Assembly (NCBI GenBank): GCA_965214705.1
Contig: CBDCCI010000002.1
Location: 2,464,001 to 2,528,000 of the forward strand
DNA length: 64,000 nt
Reading direction: 5' to 3'
Origin: Alphaproteobacteria bacterium
GTDB lineage: Bacteria; Pseudomonadota; Alphaproteobacteria; UBA828
Shown here piece by piece: positions 37,411 through 47,611 of the stretch. The translations under genes and the position numbers were made by a program. The stretch's first letter is position 1. Every line of letters starts with the position of its first letter. The notes under the pieces were generated by a model. That model was not told the origin of the DNA. It saw only the letters and a program-made list of their open reading frames with translations, and made no database searches.

Positions 37411-38517
37411 CTATTCCTTCGTGCCGACGAAGGAGCCGAGGAAGGCGCCCTCGCTCCCGCCGGCGCTGGTCGCTTCAGCGCCAAAGGTGCCGGCCACCAG
37501 GCGGGGATCGCCGGCGCTGTCGGCAACATTCGAGAACCGGCCGCCCCACGCACCCTCCGTGCTCGCGATTGAAATGTCCGGGTGCTCCAGGCGCATATCC
37601 TCGCCGAGGAACGTGCCATTCGGGTCGAGGACGGTGGAGTCGAGGCGCAGACGGTAACCCGAATCCTCAAACATGACTTCGGTGCTCTCACCGGTGTCTG
37701 CGTCGTACAGTTCCCCGAACAGCGCGACCCCATCGCGGCAGCCCACACATCCGGAAATGGTGTTGTCTGCAAAATCGGCCGCGAGCTCGACGGTCGAGTC
37801 GAAGATGCCGCCCTCCGTCGAACCCGGGACGACCCCCGTGTCGGTGCCATGGAGGACGCTGTAGGCGCCCGATGCCGGCCCGTAATATGACGCCGTTCCC
37901 CCGGCCGGCAGATTGGCCGGCGGTGCCATGAGCTCAGGCCCATCGACGAACGCTCCGATCTCCGCGCCGGTGAAGCTGAATTCGGCCACATCGACAGCGA
38001 TGTGCATCCAATGACCCACGGTCAGGTAGTCGGCCACATCGTCCTCGTTCGCAGTCACCGTTGCGACCGCGACCGACATGCCGTCGGTGGTGGGCTCAAA
38101 CAGGACCCAACTTCGAGCGCCGTGGCCGCCGATGGGCGAGTCGACGGTTTCGGAACCCTCGGACGAATCGCTCCCCGAGTTCAGCGTCAGCGCGCTGCCA
38201 TCTTCGCGCGATATCGTGACGGTCAGTTCAGTGCCGTCGAAGCTCGTGGAAACGCTGGAAGCGCCCGCTACGCCAACGCCTGCGGACTGAACAACGCCTC
38301 CGCCTCCAAATTGGGGCAGCGAAACTGCTGCCTCGCCGGTCACGTCCAGGATTTCGGTCGCGTTGGTCCCACGCAAATCGTCGAAAGTTTCTGTGGACTC
38401 GTCCGTTTCGCCGGTCGTTGGACGGTCTGAAGCGCCGTCCCCGTTATCGTGCACGCAAGCCGGAAGTGCCAGCAGACCAATTGTGGCCAGCATCGCTGCG
38501 CCTGTGGTTGCCTTCAT
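37411..38517 (-). CDS. Acidic lipoprotein with TbpB-like C-terminal beta-barrel
   Basis: GGAGG RBS; lipobox-like LPAC; GTASYYG, ADFADNTISG, WGGRF, VAGTFG, FLGSFVG. Confidence 0.65.
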   Translation of the reverse strand: MKATTGAAMLATIGLLALPACVHDNGDGASDRPTTGETDESTETFDDLRGTNATEILDVTGEAAVSLPQFGGGGVVQSAGVGVAGASSVSTSFDGTELTVTISREDGSALTLNSGSDSSEGSETVDSPIGGHGARSWVLFEPTTDGMSVAVATVTANEDDVADYLTVGHWMHIAVDVAEFSFTGAEIGAFVDGPELMAPPANLPAGGTASYYGPASGAYSVLHGTDTGVVPGSTEGGIFDSTVELAADFADNTISGCVGCRDGVALFGELYDADTGESTEVMFEDSGYRLRLDSTVLDPNGTFLGEDMRLEHPDISIASTEGAWGGRFSNVADSAGDPRLVAGTFGAEATSAGGSEGAFLGSFVGTKE

Positions 38518-38564
38518 GGTTGTCCTCCGTGGTTGTCGCGCCTCCCACGACTGGCTCACGCTTG

Positions 38565-39350
38565 CTAGCGCGGGAAAGACGCTCCGTTGATGTCGATGAT
38601 GGTGCCGGTGGCATGCCGCGCTGCGCCCGAGGCGAGGAAGGTCACGATGTTTGCCACCTCCTCGGGCGGGATCAGCGTACCCAGAGCGTTCTCGCCGAGC
38701 GGGCCGCGATCGCCGGTCTCGTTGATGTAGTCCCACGACATGTCGGTGCCGACCCAGCCCGGCGCCACCGCGTAGGAGAGGATGCCGTCGCCGCCATGGG
38801 TTCGGGCGAATGTGTGGCTCAGCGCGTTGAGAGCGCCCTTGCTCGCCGCGTATGAGCCGAGCAGCGGCTTTTCGCCCCGATGCGCGGCCCGGCTCGAAAG
38901 GTGAACCAGGATGCCGCCCTCGCCGCGCTCGCGGAAGTGCGCGACGGCGCGGGTGGCAAGCTCGGCAGGCGCCAGGAGATTGAGCTGCAGCGTGCGCTGC
39001 CAGACCGCGCGCCACGCCTCGGGCCAGGCGTCGTCTTCGGCAAATGCAGGCTCGGCCTCGTAGACCGCCGCGTTGTTGACCAGCACGTCGATCCGGCCCT
39101 GCCAGGCGAGCGCCTGCTGCCAAAGCGTCTTGGGCGCCTCCTCATCCGTCAGATCGGCACCCACTAGGTGGCAGCGATCAGGCGCCGCTTCGGCCAGCGC
39201 CTCGGCCGCCTTCCGGTTCTGGTTGTAGTGGATGACGACGGACGCGCCGCCATCAAGCAGCGCGCGCACGCAGCACGCGCCGATGCCGCGCGATGCCCCG
39301 GTGATCAACACCACCTTGTCCTTCACGCTTGCCGCACGATCTTCCGCCAT
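38565..39350 (-). CDS. SDR family oxidoreductase
   Basis: TGASRGIG, NNAA, YAASK. Confidence 0.93.
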   Translation of the reverse strand: MAEDRAASVKDKVVLITGASRGIGACCVRALLDGGASVVIHYNQNRKAAEALAEAAPDRCHLVGADLTDEEAPKTLWQQALAWQGRIDVLVNNAAVYEAEPAFAEDDAWPEAWRAVWQRTLQLNLLAPAELATRAVAHFRERGEGGILVHLSSRAAHRGEKPLLGSYAASKGALNALSHTFARTHGGDGILSYAVAPGWVGTDMSWDYINETGDRGPLGENALGTLIPPEEVANIVTFLASGAARHATGTIIDINGASFPR

Positions 39351-39492
39351 CGCCTTCTCCGCCGGTCATCGCAACGACTCGAGGATTTCGACCGTACAGA
39401 ATGGGCAATCTCGCCGGCACGTCACGCACATTTCGCAGCCGGCGCGGGCGTGCCATGCTGGTTTGCGGCCGCGGCCCCGGAGGCGGACGCCG

Positions 39493-40845
39493 ATGAAGAA
39501 GCGCATCCACCTCAACGCGTTCTCGATGAACTGCGTCTCCCACATCCAGCACGGCCTCTGGATGCGGGACGACACGCGCCAGCGCGAGTTCAACCGGATC
39601 GAACCCTGGATCGAGCTCGCCCGGCTGCTGGAGAGGGGCGGCTTTGACGCGCTCTTCCTCGCCGACGTGATTGGCACCTACGACCTCTATCGCGGCGGAC
39701 CGGAGACCGCGATCGTCGAAGCGGTGCAGATCCCGGCCAACGACCCGATGCCGCTGATCCCGGCGATGGCGATGGCGACCGAGCATCTCGGCTTCGCGTT
39801 CACCAGCTCCGTCCTGCAGGTGCCGCCCTTCACCTTCGCCCGCCAGATCTCGACGCTGGATCACATCACGCGGGGGCGGATCGCCTGGAACATCGTGACC
39901 TCGTACCTGCCCAACGCAGGCACCAATCTCGGCCTCGGCGGGCTGCCGCCCCATGACGAGCGCTACGCCCGCGCCGAGGAGTATCTGGAGGCCGCCTACA
40001 AGCTCTGGGAGGGAAGCTGGGAGGAGGACGCGGTGCTCTGCGACACCGCGCGCGGCCGCTATGCCGACCCAGCCAAAATCCACCCCATCGACCACGCGGG
40101 CGCATACTACGAGGTCGAGGGGCCGCACCTCTCGGAGCCTTCACCGCAGCGCACGCCGCTGCTCTTCCAGGCGGGCTCGTCGGAGCGCGGACGGGAGTTC
40201 GCCGCGACCCACGCCGAGTGCGTCTTCATGTTCGCCTCAATGCGGAGCCTCAAGGCATCCACCGGCGTGGTGCAGGACATCCGCGCCCGCGCCGCGCGCC
40301 GAGGGCGAAATCCCGAGGACATCCTGTTCTTCCAGGGCGTGACCCCGGTGGTGGGCGGAACGGAGGCGGAGGCAAAGACCAAGGCGGCGGACTACGCGGC
40401 GCAGTCGAGCGTCGACGGCGGCCTCGCGCACATGAGCGGCAGCGTCGGCGTGGATCTCGGCGCCATCGACCTCGACGCGCCGCTCGCGAGCCTCGAAACC
40501 GACGCCATGCAGGGCGTGGTTCGGGGGCTGATCGAATCGGCGCCGGACAAGTCGGTTACCTTCCGCGACCTCATCCGCTCCCGCGCCTCGGGCCAGTTCC
40601 TCGTCGGCACGCCGGAGCAGATCGCGGACACGTTCCAGGCCTGGCACGAGGCCGGCGTGGACGGCTTCAATATCGTCTACGCGGTGACGCCCGGCACCTT
40701 CGCGGACTTCATCGAGGGTGTGGTGCCGGAGCTTCGCCGGCGCGGGCTGGTGCAATCGGACTACGCGCCGGGCACGCTTCGCGAAAAGCTTTTCGGCGAG
40801 GCGCGACTCTCGTCGCGCCACCCCGCCGCCGCCTATCGAGGTTAG
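39493..40845 (+). CDS. NtaA/DszA/SnaA-family FMN-dependent monooxygenase
   Basis: FDALFLAD, GRIAWNIVTS, HDERYARAEE, PSPQRTPLLFQAGSS, PGTLREKLFG. Confidence 0.93.
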   Translation: MKKRIHLNAFSMNCVSHIQHGLWMRDDTRQREFNRIEPWIELARLLERGGFDALFLADVIGTYDLYRGGPETAIVEAVQIPANDPMPLIPAMAMATEHLGFAFTSSVLQVPPFTFARQISTLDHITRGRIAWNIVTSYLPNAGTNLGLGGLPPHDERYARAEEYLEAAYKLWEGSWEEDAVLCDTARGRYADPAKIHPIDHAGAYYEVEGPHLSEPSPQRTPLLFQAGSSERGREFAATHAECVFMFASMRSLKASTGVVQDIRARAARRGRNPEDILFFQGVTPVVGGTEAEAKTKAADYAAQSSVDGGLAHMSGSVGVDLGAIDLDAPLASLETDAMQGVVRGLIESAPDKSVTFRDLIRSRASGQFLVGTPEQIADTFQAWHEAGVDGFNIVYAVTPGTFADFIEGVVPELRRRGLVQSDYAPGTLREKLFGEARLSSRHPAAAYRG

Positions 40846-40859
40846 AGAGGAATCGCACC

Positions 40860-41381
40860 ATGGACGCCGACCAACTCAGATCGCTGCAAGCGCCGCTCAA
40901 GGAGCGTTACCGAGAGGACGCCGATGCCGCCCTCATCGTGCTCAAGGCCGCGGGCGCGGTGGACGATTCGGAGATCGCGTGCTCTGTCGATACTGGCAAG
41001 GCGCTGGTCGAGGCCGGTCTGCACCCCTCGGGCGGCGGCACCGGGCTGCAGGCGTGCTCCGGCGACATGCTGCTCCAGGCCCTGGTCGCCTGCGCCGGCG
41101 TGACGCTGCGAGCGGTGGCGACGGCGCTCTCCATCGACATACGGGACGCGCAGGTGAGCGCCGAAGGCGATCTCGACGTGCGCGGCACCCTCGGAGTCGA
41201 CCGCGACGCGCCGGTGGGTTTTCGGGCGATCCGCCTGCACTTCACGCTGGAAAGCGATGCCGCGCCGGAGGACCTCGAGAAGCTCTACAAGCTGACCGAG
41301 CACTACTGCGTGGTCTACCAAACGCTGACGGGCGGAGCCCCGGTGACCATCAGCCGCTCGGACTGCGCAGACTCGAACTGA
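40860..41381 (+). CDS. OsmC family protein
   Basis: LQAPLKERY, AGLHPSGGG, CSGDMLLQALVACAGVT, TEHYCVVYQTL. Confidence 0.92.
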   Translation: MDADQLRSLQAPLKERYREDADAALIVLKAAGAVDDSEIACSVDTGKALVEAGLHPSGGGTGLQACSGDMLLQALVACAGVTLRAVATALSIDIRDAQVSAEGDLDVRGTLGVDRDAPVGFRAIRLHFTLESDAAPEDLEKLYKLTEHYCVVYQTLTGGAPVTISRSDCADSN

Positions 41382-41439
41382 GCCGGCCCGAGGCCCCGAC
41401 CGTGGCCAATGCGGGGCGGGCGGGTTAGAAGGCCCGGTC

Positions 41440-43029
41440 ATGGCCGGCAAGACCTCATATCGACCCGTCGTCCTCTGCGTGCTGGACGGGTGGGGCCATC
41501 GGGCGGAGACCGAGCACAATGCCATCGCGCTGGCAGAGACGCCGGTGTGGGACCGGCTGTGCGCCGCGCGCCCTTACGGCCTGCTCGCCACCGCCGGCGC
41601 CGCCGTGGGCCTGCCCGAAGGCCAGATGGGCAATTCCGAGGTGGGCCACATGACCATCGGCGCAGGCCGGGTGATCCTGCAGGACCTGCCTCGCATCGAT
41701 GCCGCCGTGGCTGACGGCTCGCTCGCGCGCAACCCGGCCCTGCTCTCGCTCATCCGGCGGCTGCGGGAGAGCGCCGGCAGCTGCCACCTGATGGGCCTGG
41801 TCTCGCCGGGCGGCGTGCATTCGCACCAGAACCACATCGTGGCGCTCGCGCGGATCGTGAGCGGCGCAGGCGTGCCGGTGGCGATCCACGCATTCCTCGA
41901 CGGCCGGGACGTGCCGCCGCGTTCGGCCATCGACGATCTGCCGGCATTCGAAGACTCGCTCCGCGATCTCCCCACCGTGCGGCTCGCGACCGTCGCCGGC
42001 CGCTACTACGCCATGGACCGGGACCAGCGCTGGGAGAGGACCGCGCGGGCCTACGACGCGATGGTCTCCGGAGAGGGCCGACCCGCGGCAAGCGCAATCG
42101 AAGCTGTGCGCGCGAGTTATGGGGAGGACGTGGGCGACGAGTTTGTCGAGCCCGCGGTAATCGCCGGTTACGAGGGAATGGCCGATGGCGACGGGCTTAT
42201 CATGGCCAACTTCCGCGCCGACCGCGCACGCCAGATCATGACGGCGCTGCTCGACCCGGACTTCGAAGGCTTCACGCGCACCCGGCGCGTGCGCTTCGCC
42301 GCAGCCTGCGGCATGTGCAGCTATTCCGAGACCCTGGATAGGCTGGCCGATACGCTGTTCCCGCCGCTGCAGGTGACGGACCATCTGGGCGAAATCGTCT
42401 CACGCGCCGGGCTGCGGCAGCTCCGCGTCGCCGAGACCGAGAAATACGCCCACGTCACCTTCTTCTTGAACGGCGGCGAGGAGACGGAGATGCCGGGCGA
42501 GGAGCGGGAGCTCGTGCCCTCGCCCAAGGTCGCGACCTACGACCTCCAGCCCGAGATGTCGGCGCCGGCGGTGACCGACCGCGCGGTGGGGGCGGTCGCG
42601 GGCGGGCGCTTCGACCTGATCGTCGTGAACTACGCCAACACCGACATGGTGGGCCACAGCGGCAACCTCGACGCGGCGATGGCGGCGGTGGCTGCCGTGG
42701 ACCGCTGCCTCGGCCGGCTCGCCGGTGCCGTGGAGGAGGCTGGCGGCGCATTGCTGATCACCGCCGATCACGGCAACGCCGAGCGGATGCGCGGCGCCGA
42801 CGGCACGACCCCCCACACGGCCCACACAGACGGCCCCGTCCCCGCCGTGCTCGTCGGTGCGCCGGGCCTGGCGCTCGGCGATGGCGCGCTTTCCGATATC
42901 GCACCGACCGTCCTCGACCTCATGGGCCTGCCCGCGCCGGCGGCGATGACCGGGCGCTCGCTGGCTATTCCGCTCCCATCGGCGGGCGCGGTGCCGGTCA
43001 GGAGTCGCCAGCCAGCACAGGCTCGATAG
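41440..43029 (+). CDS. gpmI: 2,3-bisphosphoglycerate-independent phosphoglycerate mutase
   Basis: LDGWG, QMGNSEVGH, LDGRD, GRYYAMDRD, AETEKYAHVTFF, DMVGH, TADHGN. Confidence 0.98.
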   Translation: MAGKTSYRPVVLCVLDGWGHRAETEHNAIALAETPVWDRLCAARPYGLLATAGAAVGLPEGQMGNSEVGHMTIGAGRVILQDLPRIDAAVADGSLARNPALLSLIRRLRESAGSCHLMGLVSPGGVHSHQNHIVALARIVSGAGVPVAIHAFLDGRDVPPRSAIDDLPAFEDSLRDLPTVRLATVAGRYYAMDRDQRWERTARAYDAMVSGEGRPAASAIEAVRASYGEDVGDEFVEPAVIAGYEGMADGDGLIMANFRADRARQIMTALLDPDFEGFTRTRRVRFAAACGMCSYSETLDRLADTLFPPLQVTDHLGEIVSRAGLRQLRVAETEKYAHVTFFLNGGEETEMPGEERELVPSPKVATYDLQPEMSAPAVTDRAVGAVAGGRFDLIVVNYANTDMVGHSGNLDAAMAAVAAVDRCLGRLAGAVEEAGGALLITADHGNAERMRGADGTTPHTAHTDGPVPAVLVGAPGLALGDGALSDIAPTVLDLMGLPAPAAMTGRSLAIPLPSAGAVPVRSRQPAQAR

Positions 43030-44383
43030 CACTCCCCAGGCGCAGCAGGCGCTCCTCGTCGCCGGGCGGCGCCATCAGCATGAGTCCCACCGGCACACCG
43101 TTGCCATCCCGCCCGCAGGGGAGCGTCAGCGCGCAGCACGCGAGATAGTTGGCGAGGCGCGTGTTGCGCAGGATCGCGGCGTTCGCGGCCTTGTAGACTT
43201 CGATGTCGGCTTCGAGATCGGCGATGGGCGACGGGCTCACCGCCACCGTGGGCATGACGAGAACGCCGTGCCGCCTGATTCGCGCGTGCAGGCGTCCGGC
43301 GATCTCGCCAAGCCCCTGCTTGGCCCGCGCTGCATCGGTGGCCGACATCTCCGCGCCGGAGCGAATCCTTTCCAGGATCGGCGTGTAGACCTGCTCGGGC
43401 CGCGACTCGATCACGTCGTACCACAGCGCGTGGCATTCGGCGGCGTGATAGGGGCCGAGACGACCGACCAGCGCCTCGGCCTCGTCGAACTCGGGCACCG
43501 GCGTCTCGCCGATGGCGCAGCCGGCTGCCCGCAGGCGCTCGACCGCGCCCCGCGTGGCGGCCTCGACCCCGGCATCGAGGGACTCCCACACGAGGGTGGT
43601 GGGCAGCGCAAAGCGATCGCGGTCGAGCGTGGCGCCTTCGAGGTCGGGCGCCGGGCGGTTGCCGGCGCCGAAGCGCCCGTCGAGCACCGCGAAAAGCGCC
43701 GCGGCGTCGGCCACGTCGTGGGCGAGCGGCCCCACCGTGTCCATGCTGGTGCTAAGCCCGAGCACACCGTCCAGCGGTAGCAACCCAAAGCTTGTCTTGA
43801 GACCGACGAGGCCGTTCCACGCGGCCGGCACCCGCACGGAGCCGCCGGTGTCCGAGCCGATGGCGGCGGCGGCGAGACCGCGCGAGAGGGAGACGGCCGC
43901 GCCCGAGGACGAGCCGCCGGGCAGGCGGTCGACGGTGGCGTCGAAGGGATTGGGCGGCGTGCCCAGCTTGGGATTGAGACCCAGAATGGAGAACGCGAAC
44001 TCGCTCTGGTTGGTCTTGCCGAGGCAGACCAGGCCCGCGCGGGTGGCGCGCGCCAGAACCTTTGCGTCGCGTCGGGCGACGCGGTCGGCCAGCGCAGGCG
44101 TGCCGTGGCCGGTGACGTCGCCGGCACTGTCGTAGAGGTCCTTCCACGAGATCGGCACGCCGTCGAGCGGCGACCGCCTGAGGCCCGCCTGGGCACGACG
44201 GTGGGCGGCCTCGGCCTCGGCGCGGGCGCGCTCGGTGGTGAGGCGTAGGTAGATCGCGCGGTCGCCGTCGGCGGCCCCGATTCGCTCGAGGAAGTGCTCG
44301 GTCAGCGCACGCGGGTCGATGGCGCCGCTCCCGATGCCCGCGCCGAGCGCGAGCGCGCTCATCCCGTGCCAGTCGCCGCTCAT
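42998..44383 (-). CDS. Amidase signature family enzyme
   Basis: PLDGVPISWKD, GKTN, PGGSSSG, IGSDTGGSVRVPA. Confidence 0.93.
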   Translation of the reverse strand: MSGDWHGMSALALGAGIGSGAIDPRALTEHFLERIGAADGDRAIYLRLTTERARAEAEAAHRRAQAGLRRSPLDGVPISWKDLYDSAGDVTGHGTPALADRVARRDAKVLARATRAGLVCLGKTNQSEFAFSILGLNPKLGTPPNPFDATVDRLPGGSSSGAAVSLSRGLAAAAIGSDTGGSVRVPAAWNGLVGLKTSFGLLPLDGVLGLSTSMDTVGPLAHDVADAAALFAVLDGRFGAGNRPAPDLEGATLDRDRFALPTTLVWESLDAGVEAATRGAVERLRAAGCAIGETPVPEFDEAEALVGRLGPYHAAECHALWYDVIESRPEQVYTPILERIRSGAEMSATDAARAKQGLGEIAGRLHARIRRHGVLVMPTVAVSPSPIADLEADIEVYKAANAAILRNTRLANYLACCALTLPCGRDGNGVPVGLMLMAPPGDEERLLRLGSAIEPVLAGDS

Positions 44384-44637
44384 GGTCCATTGCCTCCGGC
44401 CGCTCCCGTTTCCGCGCCCGCCCTTGTAGCCGCTCCCACGGCTGCGTGACAGTCGAGGCGCCGGGGCAAAGCGGGCGGCGGCAATAGCCTCCGTCAGACC
44501 GGCGGCTTTGCGCGCTTGCACCCTCTGCGGCGCCCTCGCTAAACTCGCATTCACAACTTTGAAGACTCGGTCGGCGCGGCGCTTCGCCCGTCGGCTGGTG
44601 TGCGACCTTCGAACCACAAGCAAGGGGAGGCGGCTCG

Positions 44638-46038
44638 ATGGAGTGGTTTCACAAACGGAAGCAGACGAAGAAGCAGAAGTTCGACGAGGAGATCAAGGCC
44701 TCTGGCGGTCTGATCGATCCGCTGAACCCGTCGCGGCGCGGCTTCATGTCGATGGCGGGCACTGCGGCGATCGGCGCGATGGGCGTGGCCGGGGCCAACA
44801 CCCTGATCGCCCTCAACAACGGCGCCAAGGCCGACGGCGAGCCGATCCCGGTCGGCGCCATGCTGCCCTACACCGGATGGGGCGCGGAGGATTCGCGCAA
44901 CTTCGAGGCGGGCATCACCTTGGCGGTGGAGGAGATCAACTCCTACGGCGGCATCAATGGCCGGCCCATCGAGGTCCACTACGAGGACACCAAGGAGATC
45001 ACCGCTGAGACCGTGACCTCGGCCGCGCGGCGCCTGATCGACCGGCACGAGGTGCACGCCATCATCAACGGCTACAACTCGCTCTCGGTCCGAGCGGAGT
45101 ACGACACCATCGCGGATGCGGGCATTCCGTACATGCACGACAACACGCAGTACGGACACCAGTTCGCGGTGAGAGACAATCCGGATCGCTACTGGTGCAT
45201 CTTCCAGGACGACCCATCCGAGTACTACTACGGCTCGGGCCTGATCTACTTCCTCGATGAGCTCGAGAAGCTCGGCAAGTGGAAGCGCCCGAACAACAAG
45301 TTCGTGCTCTTCTCGGGCAGCATCGACTATGCGATCACCATCGCCGCTGCGGTGCGCGACACGGCTCCGCAGTTCGGCTGGGAGCTCGCGATCGACGATG
45401 TCGTGACCCAGCCGGTCGATGACTGGGGACCGGCACTGGTGCGTGCGCGTGAGGCCGACCCCGCAATCATCGCGGCGACTCACGGATTCCCGACCGATCA
45501 GACGGGCCTGGTCACCGGCTTCGCCGAGAACCCGACCAACAGCCTGGTCTACGTGCAGTACGCGCTGCAGCAGCGGGCCTTCCTCGACATCGTCAAGGAG
45601 ACCGGCCAAGGCGTGTTCTGCTCGACCACGATCGGCACCTTGCAGGACGAGATCGGCAACACCTTCTCGAGGAAGATCCGCGACCGCTGGGGCGAGGATA
45701 TGACCCCGATGGTCGGGGGGCAGGTGTACGACTCGTACTTCCTGTGGGCGATCGCGGCCTGCCGTGCCGGCGGCTCGGGCGTGCCCTACGACGGCATCGA
45801 GCAGAACAAGAAGGTCTGCACACTCATGCGCGAATCGATTTATCGCGGTGTGGTGGGCACCATCAAGTTCATGTGGGGCCAGGCGGCGCAGCCCTATCCG
45901 GCTGAGACGCCCGATCCCTCGCTCGGGATGCCGACGATCATGATGCAGTGTCAGGATTGGACCAAGGACGTGGTCTTCGTCGGGCCGGATCTCTACGCCA
46001 CGGCCGATTGGATGACCCCGCCGTGGCTCACCAGCTAG
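44638..46038 (+). CDS. Liv-type ABC transporter substrate-binding protein, Tat-exported
   Basis: SRRGFM Tat motif; AVEEINSYGGINGRPIE. Confidence 0.9.
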   Translation: MEWFHKRKQTKKQKFDEEIKASGGLIDPLNPSRRGFMSMAGTAAIGAMGVAGANTLIALNNGAKADGEPIPVGAMLPYTGWGAEDSRNFEAGITLAVEEINSYGGINGRPIEVHYEDTKEITAETVTSAARRLIDRHEVHAIINGYNSLSVRAEYDTIADAGIPYMHDNTQYGHQFAVRDNPDRYWCIFQDDPSEYYYGSGLIYFLDELEKLGKWKRPNNKFVLFSGSIDYAITIAAAVRDTAPQFGWELAIDDVVTQPVDDWGPALVRAREADPAIIAATHGFPTDQTGLVTGFAENPTNSLVYVQYALQQRAFLDIVKETGQGVFCSTTIGTLQDEIGNTFSRKIRDRWGEDMTPMVGGQVYDSYFLWAIAACRAGGSGVPYDGIEQNKKVCTLMRESIYRGVVGTIKFMWGQAAQPYPAETPDPSLGMPTIMMQCQDWTKDVVFVGPDLYATADWMTPPWLTS

Positions 46039-46077
46039 GCTCCATCGCCCCGGAAGCATAGGAACACGGTTCATTCG

Positions 46078-46884
46078 ATGGTTTCCGGGGAGAGTACACC
46101 GCTGCTGGCGTGCCGAAACATTTTCAAGTATTTCGGCGCGCTGGTGGCGGTGAACGATTTCGATCTCGACGTTCACGTGGGCGACGTGGTTGGTATCGGC
46201 GGCCCCAATGGCGCCGGCAAGACCACGTTCCTCGACGTGATCTCCGGCATCAATCCGGCGACCAGCGGCGAGATCAAATTGCAGGGGCGGGATATTTCGA
46301 AGCTCCGTCCCGACCTCATCTGCCATCGGGGGATGGCGCGGACCTTCCAGCTCAATGCGGGCTTCGATTCACTGACGATTCGGGAGAATGTCCTGATCGG
46401 CTCGGCCTTCGGCCTTGGCGACCGCGGCGTGCCGGCTGTGACCTTCTCGCGGGCCATGCGCGAACGGGTGGACCGCGCGCTGGAGCTCTGCCGGCTCACC
46501 GAGCGCGCCGATGCGGTCGCCCGCGACGTGCCGGTGCTGGAACGCAAGCTCCTGATGCTCGCAAGCGCGGTGGCGACGGAACCCAAGCTCCTCCTGGTCG
46601 ACGAGCCGGTGGGCGGCCTCAACCCACACGAGGTCGACGACGTGATGGAGATCGTCGACGGACTCGCTGCGGAGGGCATGACGATCATCCTGATCGAGCA
46701 CGTGATGCGCTTCCTGCTCCAGATTTCGTCGCGCGTCGTCATCATGCACCACGGCGAGAAGATCTATGAGGGCGACACTCAGGGGCTGCTGAGCGACCGG
46801 CGGGTCGTCGAGGTCTATCTCGGCGAGGGCACGGCAGACCGTTTGCAGCACATGCTGGCGGATCGGGCGGGCGCCAATGGCTGA
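46078..46884 (+). CDS. ABC ATP-binding protein (LivG-like)
   Basis: GPNGAGKTT, ARTFQ, LVDEP, IEH. Confidence 0.93.
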   Translation: MVSGESTPLLACRNIFKYFGALVAVNDFDLDVHVGDVVGIGGPNGAGKTTFLDVISGINPATSGEIKLQGRDISKLRPDLICHRGMARTFQLNAGFDSLTIRENVLIGSAFGLGDRGVPAVTFSRAMRERVDRALELCRLTERADAVARDVPVLERKLLMLASAVATEPKLLLVDEPVGGLNPHEVDDVMEIVDGLAAEGMTIILIEHVMRFLLQISSRVVIMHHGEKIYEGDTQGLLSDRRVVEVYLGEGTADRLQHMLADRAGANG

Positions 46885-47593
46885 GCCCCTCCTCTCCGTT
46901 CAAAACCTGTACGCGGGGTACGAAGGACAGAGCGTCCTGAAGGACGTCTCTTTCGATGTGCCCGAAGGCGGGCTCATCAGCATGCTCGGCCCCAACGGGC
47001 ACGGCAAGACCACGCTACTGCGCTGCATAGCGGGCTTGCTTCGACCGAGCGGCGGCCACATCCATTTTGCAGGACGGCGGATCGAGGGCGCCGAGGCGGA
47101 AACGGTCGTCGGGATGGGCGTCGTCCTGATCCCTCAGGGGGACATGCTGTTCCCCGACATGAGCGTCTACGACAACCTCAAGATGGGCGCCTACCTGCCC
47201 CGGGTGCGCAAGACCTTCGACCAGGATGTCGAGAATATCTATGAGATCCTACCCCGACTGAAGGAGCGCACGACGCAGCTCGCGCGCACGCTCTCCGGCG
47301 GCGAGCGGCGCATGCTCGCCATCGGTCGCGGACTGCTCGCCGGCGGGCGCATCCTGATGATCGACGAACCCTCGCTCGGCCTCGCGCCCATCGTCATCGA
47401 CCAGATTTACGAGATCATTACCGACCTCAAGGCGTCGGGACGCACGATCCTCCTGGTAGAGGAGAATGCGAGCCGGATCATCGATCTCGCCGATCGCATT
47501 CACCTGCTCGACACGGGCCATATCGTCTGGGCCGGCGACGGCAGGGAGCTCCAAAACAACCAGCAAATCCTCGAGACCTATCTCGGCGGCTGA
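46877..47593 (+). CDS. ABC ATP-binding protein (LivF-like)
   Basis: GPNGHGKTT, LSGGERRM, DEPSLGLAP. Confidence 0.93.
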   Translation: MAEPLLSVQNLYAGYEGQSVLKDVSFDVPEGGLISMLGPNGHGKTTLLRCIAGLLRPSGGHIHFAGRRIEGAEAETVVGMGVVLIPQGDMLFPDMSVYDNLKMGAYLPRVRKTFDQDVENIYEILPRLKERTTQLARTLSGGERRMLAIGRGLLAGGRILMIDEPSLGLAPIVIDQIYEIITDLKASGRTILLVEENASRIIDLADRIHLLDTGHIVWAGDGRELQNNQQILETYLGG

Positions 47594-47611
47594 CGGTATC
47601 GGCAACGCACA

